A stretch of 63,922 bases of DNA, the filler included, from Octopus bimaculoides (Eukaryota): NCBI RefSeq assembly GCF_001194135.2. It is 5 parts of 5 records of this genome, joined end to end, with 100 filler letters (N's around TTAATTAATTAA, not from the genome) between each part and the next. Parts side by side here need not be neighbours in the genome. Positions count along the whole stretch, not along the records: positions 1 to 23,989 come from NC_068981.1; positions 24,090 to 54,628 come from NC_069002.1; 3 more parts are not named here. The stretch is one strand, 5' to 3'. Shown piece after piece: positions 14,531-27,027 of this stretch; position 1 is the first letter of the stretch; each line of letters opens with the position of its first letter. Made by a program: the position numbers and the translations under genes. Below the pieces are notes generated by a model, which had not been told where the DNA came from, made no database searches, and worked only from the letters and a program-made list of their open reading frames with translations.

Positions 14531-15764
14531 ATGAAATTAGAACTCACCCTTTTAAAGTAAATCCTTTAAATATGTTTGGGTTTTGTATTTGGTTTTGAAA
14601 ATTCTGTAAATTCGTGTGTTGAAGCATATTTTGTATTATCTTGGGAGGGCTATTATGCCAATACTAAACACAAGACCTGATTCTGTTTTACTTCTTCATT
14701 TTTTTGTTTGTTAGTTACTTAACCATTTAGCCAATTGGCTAATCGATTGTTTGATTAATAATTTGGCCAATCAGTCAATGTGCTAGGTTTGTCAAAGTTC
14801 TTTCACCGCTGTTCACGACCTCATTCATGACATGCTATCTCTACTCTGTCTGTCTGGATGTATGTGTCTCCTAGTTTACAGCTTCTATATTTATAATTAT
14901 ATGAATGTGAGTAAGAATATAAGTGAGAGAGGGAGGTATAATCGAATTGGCTGTGTCATTAGAGCGATGGATAAAATGGTTTGCGATATTTGTTCCGGTG
15001 TTTTAAAGTTGTGAGTTCAAATCCTACTGAATTCAATTTCCTATTCACCTCCGGGAGGCAGAAAGTGAATTACCAATTCAGGATAGCAGAGCTGCTGAAC
15101 GTTAGAGCATCAGACAAGATGCTAGTCTTTGCGTTTTGATGCAATACCTCAAATGACATTGGTCTCAAACCTTGCCTACGATTCCAGGACAATTAGGCTT
15201 GTAAGACACTATAAAGTCTTTCTTCCGAGTAAATGCATGACCACCTCTCAGCATTGCCAGGAAATATGGTGTTATTGATTGGTGATAAATCTTTCAGAGG
15301 CATGTTATTCTAAATACTGAATGAAATAGCTTTTTACTTTCATGTTAATGAAAAGAGCTACTGGAAAAGCTAACAATATTTCATGCTTAATTTAAATATA
15401 ATTTATCTGTAGCCCTCGGAAACTAATGGGACTGATATGGTGGGGGATAAGGTCGAAGGTCTGATTGGGCGACACCGGTAGAAAAGTTGTTTTTAGAGAT
15501 TTACATGGGATTTACATGTATTTTTTTATAGAGATTTACATGAGATTTACATGAGATGTATAATACAAGGTTTTTGGGTAATGAGGGGATCAGATAAAGT
15601 CATTTTGCAAAGAGAGGTTTCACAAGTATATAGGATGTCGAATGGGCAGATTTGAACCAGTCTATTTTTGACGATTAGCTGTTGTACTTGAAGTAGGCCA
15701 TGTAAGATGACAAAGAGAGTAGAAACAGATCATCGTGTCTGTAAGTCAATATTTATTATAGTCA

Positions 15765-15980
15765 AGACAGTAAGCTAGCAGAATCGTTAGCACGCCGGAC
15801 AGAATGCTTAGCGGAATTTCGTCCGTCTTTACGTCCGTCTTTCCGCCCAGGGTGGACTCTGTCTATCATTCTTTTGGGCTCGTTGAAATAAATATCAGCT
15901 GAGTACTGAGGCCGATGTAATCGACATACTCCTCCCACAAAATTGCTGGCCTTGTACAAAAATTTGAAATCAATATTCGT
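15765..15980 (+). mobile_element. SINE family A
   Basis: gctagcagaatcgttagcacgccggacagaatgcttagcgg... Confidence 0.85.
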
Positions 15981-17470
15981 TATTGCTGTTCTTTTTTATC
16001 CGTCGGTCAACAAAGAATCATCAAATACATTCGATCCGTAACTATCCTGTCTTACTGTTCTATTTTAAAGATGGAATTGCAAATTGAGTGAGACTTTGCT
16101 CTTATTTTTAACTAATCGAACGAACGTGACGAATGATCTTTGTGAGGTAGTGGCAGTAGCGTGCTGGTGAGTGAGTCAGCTATGCACCGACTGAGCAAAC
16201 CTACGATCAAAAGTATTTCCAATATCACTATCTCACCTTTTCAAAGAGTAACTAGAATTATATCACCTCACGTGTCTTTTCGTACTTTAAGACAGTATAG
16301 GGTCTCTTAAGATCTCTCGTTGGCTTGTTCGAGTACCAGATTGCAACAATATACAGAATGAAATGAATCAACGAACTTCCAGTCGGGTGAATAGAGAAAC
16401 ATCGTATCAAGTCAGCCAGTTACAACTATATAGCTCTATCATGATAAAGAAAATTACTACTGACACGGCACTAGGAAAGCAAGTAGATTGGTAAGTTGTC
16501 AGATGTAAAAATCAAAGAAGTGATTTAGCAGACACTAACAAATAATGAAGTAGTTTTATTGTAGGTGGAGAGGTGAACATCTAATTGACTAAACTGTTTG
16601 TTTAGCTCGTTAGACAGATTAGTAACTGAATCACTGATGTTAATGTGGATAGTTTGATGCTAATATATAAGTTTGTATCAGAAGATACGCACATTCATTC
16701 ATATACATATCAAAAGTATTCTCACGCACATACACACACAAACACACATGTATACATACACACGCACGCACACACGAACATACAAACATATATGTACACA
16801 CACACACACATACATGTACACACACAGACACAGACACACACACACACACACACACGAGAGAGATATATATATGAGAACATTCAACCTCAGACAGTCGAGA
16901 CTAACTGACAGACAGATGGTTGGAAAGACTGCCAGACAAAAACAATCGAGAATCTTTGCTTTGTGAATCTGTATCAATGACCTTATTACATTATTGATAC
17001 AAACTCACAAGTGCCTGCGCACAGACACCTACAAGCATAGTTCCATATATAGTTTCTCTTCCATTTTCACTTAGTCTCTCGAACAACCCACTCACAAACA
17101 CTCACACACACAAAAGTACACACAGACAGACAAGCACACACACACACATACACACACACACAGAGGCAATCAGGAACACATTTTACACAATGACGCCTGG
17201 TTGCATTTCTGGTTTGCTAGAAATTCACATACGCATACGTAAGGACAACGGAAGAGAATTAAGTAGATGGAAAGATAGAAAGATGGACAGATAGAAATAA
17301 AAACAAACAGACTGTTATTAAAACAAAGCTAAAGTGGGAATGAAATAGTTTATATTTATCTCTTCTTTCTCCTTTAATGCACAATGAGATACACTGTTTC
17401 TCCTTTACATATTTACACTCACAATGAATTACACATCACGTTCTATCATCACACACACACACGCACACAC

Positions 17471-17528
<58 letters not shown>

Positions 17529-17542
17529 ACACACACACACAC

Positions 17543-17960
17543 AGGCGCAGGCGTGGCTGTATGGTATGAAGCTTACCGCCCAACCACATGGTTCTTGGCT
17601 TAGTCCCACTGCATGGAAACTTGGAAAAACGTCCTCTAAAATAGCCTCGGGTGGACCAAATTTCTGCGAGTAGATTTATTAGACGGAAACGGAAAGAAAC
17701 CCGCCGTAATATATGTGTGTGTGTGTGTGTGTGTGTGTCTTCGTGTGTGTGTATGTGTATCTATGTTTGTCTTCATGTCTGTGTTTGTCCTCTCACTACT
17801 GCTTGACAACCAGTATTGGTGTGTTTACATTCCTCTAAGCGACCGGTTCGGCCAAAGTTATCGACGGAATAAGTACTAAACTTAAAAATATATAGGTACT
17901 GGGGTCGATTCATTCGGTTAAGAATTCTTGAAGGTGATGCCTTGATCATTGAGTTCTTAA
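17543..17960 (+). mobile_element. SINE family B, full length
   Basis: ggcgcaggcgtggctgtatggt...ttagtcccactgc...(tg)n...gcttgacaacc... Confidence 0.88.
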
Positions 17961-18244
17961 TATTACCACCATCCAGTATCCATAATATGATGGATTGAAA
18001 TAAAAGTAGATATTCAAAGACCGAATTTAATAAAAGTAAACAATATGTTCCTAGAAAGGAAACAAAAATATTTCAAATGAATTCCGTTTGTGGAATACCC
18101 ATTATATTTTGCATGTATTTTTAATCGAAACAATCAATAACAAGATTTGGGACTTTTTTAAATATATATATGTAAGAGCGGGGTGGTTTATTGTGACTTC
18201 GTAGAGCAACACAATAAATAATATGAGGCAGCCAACAATATGGA

Positions 18245-18440
18245 AAATAATAATTCTTCCTACTATATTCACAATGTTAAAAATTTGAGGGGAGGAGGCT
18301 AGTGGATTACAATGACCCTACTGCTAAACTGGCCCCTTCTTTCATCGGCCTCGACTTCAGTGGAATTTGAACTCAGAACGTAAAGCCAGAAGAAACGCAG
18401 CTAGGCATTGTGTCCGTCCAGGTAACGATGTAAGCTACTA
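18245..18440 (-). mobile_element. SINE family A
   Basis: Internally deleted consensus match. Confidence 0.75.
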
Positions 18441-18554
18441 TTAATACTTAAAGTACGTAGTATTAAAAAAGCTAATTATAAATAAATGAAGGTAAAAGAT
18501 AACTAAAATGACAAGTCATTCTCATTGTCTGATTATATCTGCAGTTATTACGCC

Positions 18555-18828
18555 AGACAAACTGCTTAGCGGTATTTCTTCCGACTCATCACGATATGAA
18601 TTCAAACTTTGCCGAAGTCGGCTTTACCTGTCACCCTTTCGGGGTCAATAAAATAAAGTACCAGTTCAATACTGGGATCGATGTAGTCGACTTGTCACCT
18701 CCTCTCAAAATTGCTGGTCTTGTGCATTTTTTTATCGATCTCAGCGGAATTTGAGAGCAGGGCGTAAAGGCGGACGAAATACCGCTAAGCATTTTGTCCG
18801 ATGTGCTATCGATTCTTCCAGCTCGCCG
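18555..18828. mobile_element. Two SINE A copies fused tail-to-tail (plus 18555-18727, minus 18728-18828)
   Basis: The plus copy runs to ttgtgca and is directly followed by the reverse-complement head of a second copy. Confidence 0.8.
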
Positions 18829-20640
18829 CGATAATAACAATAATAACAATAATCACAATAATAAACACAAAATGTGCAGACGTGGAATTTCTCTTACCAA
18901 CTCATCCAAACAAGTATGAGTTGAGGCTAGATTACAAAGAAAGTGATTCGGATAAAGATTAAATCTTGGTGTGATTAGTTCCAAGCAGACATTAGTAGAG
19001 ATCTATATGTTTTAAGTAAAGGTTAGTCTGGAAACTAGTATTGCTTGTTCTGAAAATTGTGCACATATGGTGCTATGTATATCACATCATATGGTCCCCT
19101 ATACACATACATAGTCGTGAATTTTACGGATTTAAGTCTAAACCCTCAAACAGAAATCAATTTTATTTTTACATGCAACAGTAGAAATCACTTGGATGTG
19201 TAAATACTATTAAAGAAAATCTTCATTTCCAGGTTAATATCACTAATAGGATGCTATAGAGTGGTATCATGTTTGTAAGGTCAGTGCTGTTGCTATTTCT
19301 ACATGAGCTACAGAAAAGGAGGTAAGCTTCCTGCAAGCCGAGGCAACGATTCATTGTCAGTAGATACTTTACGTCATTTCGTTACATTACACCACATTAC
19401 ATTACACTTCATTTCACTTACGCCAATAATGCTCACGGGATAATGGTCATGACGTCAGGATATCCAATTTCCCACATGACCCAAAATATAGAAACTTTTA
19501 TCATTGTCGATTCTGGGTTAAGAACACCTCAGGAGGATCGCATGTACTTTTAATTCATTCATTCATCAAAGGTCGATAAAATTACTATCATTATCAATAA
19601 CCCACTGAGTCTAATGCCGTGGACTTTAGTTTAAGAAATATTTGTAACAAATAAAAAGAAATATTCCTCGGAGTGGAAAATGGTGTAACACTGGAGGCAG
19701 TTGACTGACGTGCCAAGTCCATAATACCAGTTCATTAATTAAAGTTCTTACGAAAACAATGTACCTCACAACATAGTGCAACAGACACATACACATATTT
19801 AAGCATAAGAATTTAAAACTAATGCCCCCAGGCCAAAATCAATATTATTTTTATATCGAGATGAAAAGAGCACTAGGAGGTTTAACATAACGACTCGATT
19901 TCAATTCCCATTTGATGTCACTTTGTTTCCCTTATCGCACTACTACTTAAAAGAAAGACATAGACATGAAAGGAACTCATTTTTATCTGTTACAATGTCT
20001 AAGGACCTCTGCTTACATATTGGAAGTCAATATCTGAGAACTTACATTTTTAAAAATAGTTTTTAAAATCCAGAATGTTGATTTTCAAATGATGGCCGAA
20101 TGTTTTTGATATTAAACAATGGTTGATAGAAAAGGTGACGTTCGAATCCTTCACAAGTACAGTATTATTTTCGTAACTAAAACAGCTCTAACGGCCTCTT
20201 TACAGTAAACTGCAATCAGAGAGCAGTGATATTTCATTGTTTTAAATGATAAACGCAGAGTGAAATTACGGACTACTGTTTTGTCTTAACATGTAGGTAA
20301 CCTTTATCAAAAAATCGACTAAAACGGTGACAAATATTACATTCTTAACAGTACCGACAAAGATCCGATTCATTTGTTTATATATGAAACCAACATTCGT
20401 TTCTATAATTTCTAGCTTCAGTGTACAGATGATTTCAATGAACATCACACATTATATTCCATTAACTCTATAGCATGTGCTTGCATTGCAACGCAATATT
20501 TTCTACTTTATGCTTTTGGATTAGACAGTATCATTAAAAATCTTCGCAGTAGATGAAGCACAGAAAGCAAACAACAGTGAAGACTAAAGCAAAACCGAAC
20601 AATAACAAAGCAAGAAATCGTTCATGAGAAAAAGATGTAA

Positions 20641-20673
<33 letters not shown>

Positions 20674-21189
20674 CTATGAAGAAACAACATAAATAGGGGA
20701 AGGAAAGGGACATCTAGTTAGTATCTTTCCGCTGCGAGACATGCATTGAAATTCTTGATAATATATCTGTAATAAGCCACAAGAACTCGTTAGTCTTCAT
20801 ATATAACATATATACATATATACACACAGATATAATAAATGCATATTGATATATATNNNNNNNNNNATTCTTGTCTCCCTACAACTGACAGATGACTTTT
20901 ACGATAAATACACAAACGCATTCACTGGCGTGTAATACACGATATGCATATATATCACTTTCTTAATATACACACACACACACACACTTATATATAAATG
21001 TGCGTGTGTGTATGTGTGTGCGTGTGAGTGCGTGTGTGTGTATTTCTGTTTCTGTATATCCTGAAATGTGAATCGCCAGTGCTACTTCAAATCTCCGTCA
21101 TATACACACAAACACACAGATACTTAAGCCCATGGACAATGTTATACGTGCTGAATGTTTTAGCTCTTACTAGAAATATTTCCTCTGTG

Positions 21190-21458
21190 TGTGTGTGTGT
21201 GTGTTGTGTGTGTGTTTTTGAGTGTGTGTGTGTATGTGTGTGTGTGTGTGTACGTTGTGTGTGCGTATTTATGCATGCACGCATGTGTTCCCGTTTACAT
21301 ATGTATATGTGTACATATGTTTATATGTATTAGTAATATGCATGTATATATAGATATTGCCATGTCTGCGTATGTTTCTTTATGTAGGTATATCTTTATA
21401 CATACATACATACATGCATATATACTTACATACATATATATGCACATATATGCATATA

Positions 21459-21529
<71 letters not shown>

Positions 21530-21595
21530 GTATGCATACATAAAAGAGTATATATATATATATATATAGGTTTATATATGTACTGATCAATATAT
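21190..21595. repeat. (TG)n/(TA)n compound microsatellite
   Basis: Seen directly. Confidence 0.95.
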
Positions 21596-21596
21596 A

Positions 21597-21870
21597 TACT
21601 GATCAATAAGTATCCGGACTCTTGCTATAATAACGAAGCGAAAGCACGGAACATATTGGCCTTGTACTCTGCTGTGTATGTGCACAAGTTTTAACAATCT
21701 AGCTTACTTTCGCTATTTACTGCAATGCTTGGAAGGAAGGTGTGTAGCGAGAGAGATCCTTACATTGAACATGACAGAGAAAGCTGAGCAGAGAATCTGC
21801 ATCAAAATTTGTGAAAAGGTTGGCGATACCTGCTGAGAGTCCTGCGCAAACGTTTCTAAGAGTTTTCATC
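21597..21870 (+). mobile_element. Mariner left end (TIR + 5' UTR + transposase start)
   Basis: TIR tgatcaataagtatccggact, followed by MTEKAEQRICIKICEKVGDT. Confidence 0.8.
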
Positions 21871-21894
21871 GCTCACGACACAATCAAGGAGATA

Positions 21895-22482
21895 TTATGC
21901 AACTGAAACCCGAATGTCCTTTTGGTCAGCTGAAAGTTTTCCCACAAACTTGCAAGACACGCGTCTCATGCCCAAATCTTCAATGATAATCGACTGAACT
22001 AAACAGTAACTAATCTGCACATCTGATAACTCACGGATGGTGATTCGACGATTTCCCATCACAACTGCACGCACATCTGCAATCTTTTTCTCAGTTCTGC
22101 TGCTTGCGGGTCTCTCAAAACCTTCGCCAATATCGACATTTTCCCGGTCATCTTGGAAACGTCTCAACCACTCGTAACCTTGTGTGGGGTTCATACAGTC
22201 ATCTCCGTACACTTTCTGCAACTTAGCGTAGGTATCGCCATGACAACTTTCTCTGTCTTGCGTAGGTATCACCATGACAACTTTCTCTGGCATGTCAATG
22301 CGACGATCACACGCTACACACCGTCTTTCCACGCACTGCTGTAAACAGCAGATGTGAGCTAGAAAGTAAAAACTTAGTGCGCATGCGCAACAGAGGTCAA
22401 AGCCAATCTGTACCCAGCGCTGTAACTTTGCGTGACTTAGCTTCGTTACTGTCGCAACAGTCGGGATACTTATTGATCAAAA
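21895..22482 (-). mobile_element. Mariner left end with N-terminal HTH transposase fragment
   Basis: TIR tgatcaataagtatcccgact, and KLQKVYGDD..YEWLRRF..GRP-like..NRRITIRELS..LGMRRVSCKFV. No DDD domain is present. Confidence 0.88.
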
Positions 22483-22504
22483 GAAAATATATATACATAA
22501 AAGA

Positions 22505-22540
<36 letters not shown>

Positions 22541-23276
22541 ACACACACACANNNNNNNNNNNNNNNNNNNNNNNNNNNNNNNNNNNNNNNNNNNNNNNNN
22601 NNNNNNNNNNNNNNNNNNNNNNNNNNNNNNNNNNNNNNNNNNNNNNNNNNNNNNNNNNNNNNNNNNNNNNNNNNNNNNNNNNNNNNNNNNNNNNNNNNNN
22701 NNNNNNNNNNNNNNNNNNNNNNNNNNNNNNNNNNNNNNNNNNNNNNNNNNNNNNNNNNNNNNNNNNNNNNNNNNNNNNNNNNNNNNNNNNNNNNNNNNNN
22801 NNNNNNNNNNNNNNNNNNNNNNNNNNNNNNNNNNNNNNNNNNNNNNNNNNNNNNNNNNNNNNNNNNNNNNNNNNNNNNNNNNNNNNNNNNNNNNNNNNNN
22901 NNNNNNNNNNNNNNNNNNNNNNNNNNNNNNNNNNNNNNNNNNNNNNNNNNNNNNNNNNNNNNNNNNNNNNNNNNNNNNNNNNNNNNNNNNNNNNNNNNNN
23001 NNNNNNNNNNNNNNNNNNNNNNNNNNNNNNNNNNNNNNNNNNNNNNNNNNNNNNNNNNNNNNNNNNNNNNNNNNNNNNNNNNNNNNNNNNNNNNNNNNNN
23101 NNNNNNNNNNNNNNNNNNNNNNNNNNNNNNNNNNNNNNNNNNNNNNNNNNNNNNNNNNNNNNNNNNNNNNNNNNNNNNNNNNNNNNNNNNNNNNNNNNNN
23201 NNNNNNNNNNNNNNNNNNNNNNNNNNNNNNNNNNNNNNNNNNNNNNNNNNNNNNNNNNNNNNNNNNNNNNNNNNNN

Positions 23277-23366
23277 GAAGAAGAAGAAGAAGAAGAAGAA
23301 GAAGAAGAAGAAGAAGAAGAAGAAGAAGAAGAAGAAGAAGAAGAAGAAGAAGAAGAAGAAGAAGAA
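23277..23366. repeat. (GAA)n, 30 units, cut by gap
   Basis: Seen directly. Confidence 0.97.
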
Positions 23367-23673
23367 TGGTTATTGTAGAGATGATTGTCGTGTTTTTTAT
23401 TCATGTTATGTTTATGACTGTTGTTGAGAGTTTTAGTGGTGTGGTGGTGTTATATCTATATTTTGTTGGACTAATAGAGTTATGGTTATTGGCAGTTTTG
23501 TTATTGTTAATTGTGGGATTATTGGAGGTACTACGTACAGTGATAGTATTTTTGTTTATTATAGAAGAGATCTAGTTTCTTCTTATTGTTAAAGAAGAAA
23601 TTATCCTAAAAAAAAAAATTGGAGAACATGATAATCCCAATCTAATTTTTTTCATTATTAAATATTTTAGCAT

Positions 23674-23989
23674 AGGCGCAGGAGTGGCTGTGTGGTAAGT
23701 AGCTTTCTTACCAACCACATGGTTCCGGGTTCAGTCCCACTGCGTGGCACCTTGGGAAAGTGTCTTCTACTATAGCCTCGGGCCGACCAAATCCTTGTGA
23801 GTGGATTTGGTAGACGGAAACTGAAAGAAGCCCGTCGTATATATGTATATATATATATTGTGTGTGTGTGTGTTTGTGTGTCTGTGTTTATCCCCTCAAC
23901 ATCGCTTGACAACCGATGCTGGTGTGTTTACGTCCCCGTAACCTAGCGGTTCGGCAAAAGAGACCGATAGAATAAGTAATAGGCTTACA
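23674..23989 (+). mobile_element. SINE family B, young, cut by gap
   Basis: Near-consensus copy with all CpGs retained. Confidence 0.92.
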
Positions 23990-24089
23990 NNNNNNNNNNN
24001 NNNNNNNNNNNNNNNNNNNNNNNNNNNNNNNNNTTAATTAATTAANNNNNNNNNNNNNNNNNNNNNNNNNNNNNNNNNNNNNNNNNNNN
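23990..24089. other. Artificial scaffold linker N44-TTAATTAATTAA-N44
   Basis: Identical 100-bp layout occurs four times; the 12-mer has stops in all six frames. Confidence 0.93.
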
Positions 24090-24597
24090 TGGTGGTGGCG
24101 TAGATGGAGATGTCATTGGTGGTGGCCATGGTAGTATAGAAGAAGATGGTAGTGGTGGTGATGCAGATGGAAGTGTTGGTGTTAGTGGTGGTGTTGGTGG
24201 TAGTAGTAGCATATGTAGCAGAAGGAAGTACAGCTGTTGATGCCTGTGTTGAAGTACAGCAGATACACAAGTTGCCAGAATTGCAGTCAATGGCCTAACA
24301 ACAACAACAACAACAACAACAATGTAGTGATACGGGAGAAGCCACAACCCACAAACATCACAAAACATATACATACACACACAGACAAACACTCGCTTAT
24401 ACATACACACACACACACACACGGAAATCCTCTCAGCTCATTGATAAGGGAACTGTCTCATTAAATACGCAAACTGTGTTAGCTTTCACTTTCAACAAAC
24501 TCAGCATCTGGTTTTGTAAACAATATTATATATACATGCATACATAAATATATATATATATATGCATGTGTATAAATATGTGTGAATGCCTGTGTGC

Positions 24598-24632
<35 letters not shown>

Positions 24633-25194
24633 GAGAGAGAGAGTGGGGGGAGACTGTGTTACCTGAAATGGAGGTGAACACCTTTCTTCATGTGATCGGT
24701 TTGAAAGATTGTTAAGACATGAGGATATTTTTTCCTACTTTTTGTAGCATGAAACCAAAGGTAGCCTTAATTCATAAATAAATTATATCCACTACTGTAG
24801 TGTTAAGCACTCATTTTCATTGTTCAACTTTTATTTGTATATATANNNNNNNNNNNNNNNNNNNNNNNNNNNNNNNNNNNNNNNNNNNNNNNNNNNNNNN
24901 NNNNNNNNNNNNNNNNNNNNNNNNNNNNNNNNNNNNNNNNNNNNNNNNNNNNNNNNNNNNNNNNNNNNNNNNNNNNNNNNNNNNNNNNNNNNNNNNNNNN
25001 NNNNNNNNNNNNNNNNNNNNNNNNNNNNNNNNNNNNNNNNNNNNNNNNNNNNNNNNNNNNNNNNNNNNNNNNNNNNNNNNNNNNNNNNNNNNNNNNNNNN
25101 NNNNNNNNNNNNNNNNNNNNNNNNNNNNNNNNNNNNNNNNNNNNNNNNNNNNNNNNNNNNNNNNNNNNNNNNNNNNNNNNNNNNNNNNNNNNNT

Positions 25195-25290
25195 ATAGTA
25201 GAAGACACTTGCCCAAAGTGCCATGCAGTAGGACTGAACCCGGAACCATGTGGTTGGGAAGCAAGCTTCTTACCACACAGCCACACCTGT
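25195..25290 (-). mobile_element. SINE family B head
   Basis: Consensus with CpG decay. Confidence 0.88.
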
Positions 25291-25884
25291 GTCTATGTAT
25301 ACAGTTACATACATACACTTAATGCTAAATGTACATAAACGCAATATAAAACCAAGACTTAAACAGGAAACTAAAGAAAAGAAAACAGTTGCAAATACAC
25401 ACATACACACACACATATATATACATTTATATATGTATATCCATACATCCACCCACATCCATAAGTTCATATACACAAATATCTATGCATATATGATGTA
25501 TACACACACACACATCATCTCCACTGTGTATATCTGTATAAACTAAGTGTGTGTGTATGATTAAATACCTATATGTGTATCCATGTATATATATGCACAT
25601 AGATGAGTGCATGTGCACACGAGTCTGTGTGTGTGTGTGTGTGTATGTTTATAAGTGTGCATATATTCTACATAATCTCCTTTATCTTTTCTATGTTGTG
25701 CACACATTCTAGCCATGTGTATATGTACTCCCTGCCAAAACTCTGGAGACTTATGCCAAATCGCAATAACAGGAAACTTCAGATTTTTTCAAGAAAACCA
25801 GTGGAACAGGAAATGACAATGATGATGACGATGCAGATAACAATGGTGATGGTGATGATGATGATGATGATGATGATGATGTTT

Positions 25885-26090
25885 CTTTTATCTTTTACTT
25901 GTTTCAGTTATTAGGCTGTGGCCATGCTGGGGCACCGCCTTGAAGAATTTTGAGTCGAATGAATCGATCCCAGTACTTATTTCTTTTTAAAGCCTGATAC
26001 TTATTCTATCGGTCACTTTTGCTGAACTGCTAAGTTAAGGGAACATAAAAAAACTAGCACCAGTTGTCAAGCAGTGGTAGGGGAACAAAC
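25885..26090 (-). mobile_element. SINE family B 3' part
   Basis: ttttacttgtttcagt.attag.ctg.ggccatgctggggcacc... Confidence 0.88.
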
Positions 26091-26376
26091 ATAGACAGAA
26101 AGACACACACACACACACACATGCACATATATATATATATGTAAAGCAAAATATGAGTTAGAGGTTATGCAACCATCTAAGGGATAAATGTATCCGTAGG
26201 CACTACTGGTGTATTACCTTACTATGTATAGTCCTGGCTAAAAGATATACAGGAGTTGGTAATTTAAAGGTAAAACCATGGTTTAATATATACAGAAAAG
26301 AAAAGAAATGGAGCAATAATTAACAATGAGAAGTTAATCATTGGTATTAGAAAGTCATAGTTTAATTGTAGTTCAG

Positions 26377-26461
26377 AACCATTTACAGCTGTTTCTGTTT
26401 ATCAAATCGAGGTAAATTTGCACTTATCTCATTCAACTTAACAAACATCGTCAGAATGATT
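26377..26461 (-). ncRNA. Type I minimal hammerhead ribozyme, intact core
   Basis: Minus strand reads aaucauu-CUGACGA-stem II (15 contiguous pairs, 4 G.U, 22-nt loop)-GAAA-C-AGCU-G-UA^-aaugguu. Stem I is 7 bp and loop 3 is a palindromic tetraloop. Predicted cleavage is between 26384 and 26383. Confidence 0.8.
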
Positions 26462-26623
26462 TAGAGAAATATAAATAGGAGGAAAGGAAAAGAAAGGAAA
26501 AGGAAAAAGCAAAGAGAAAAGGAAAAATGTTCGTTAAGTCTTTAGGCTTACATTTTGGGTCCCACATGTGTGTACGTTTCCTTAATTAGATGAATGGAGC
26601 AGTAAGTGGACAACGCACGTTAA

Positions 26624-26655
<32 letters not shown>

Positions 26656-26984
26656 GAATGTTATTTGAGCGAGATTGTTGAGATTTCTTCATTTGCTCAA
26701 GATGTGTTTGTTACTCGTTTATTTCATGAATAGCAGATAGTTTATCAGACTAACAGCAAGTTGTCAGATTGACAGATTGGCAAATTGTGAGGTTGTCAGA
26801 TTGTCAAACTCACAAGAGATTGACAGATTGTCAGGCTAAACAACATTGTCAGATTGTCTGAGAATATATTGAGGTATTTACAATAATCAATTGCTATCAA
26901 GATAGCAATTGACATAAAGTAAATGAAAGACACACAGACAGACAATGAAACAGAATTTCCAGACTGAACCAAAAAAGTAGGTTA

Positions 26985-26996
26985 GCAAAATAAAGA

Positions 26997-27027
<31 letters not shown>

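Noticed and set aside
24034-24045. TTAATTAATTAA as a biological motif or piggyBac target
   Set aside because: It always sits centred between exactly 44 Ns on each side, which marks an assembly linker.
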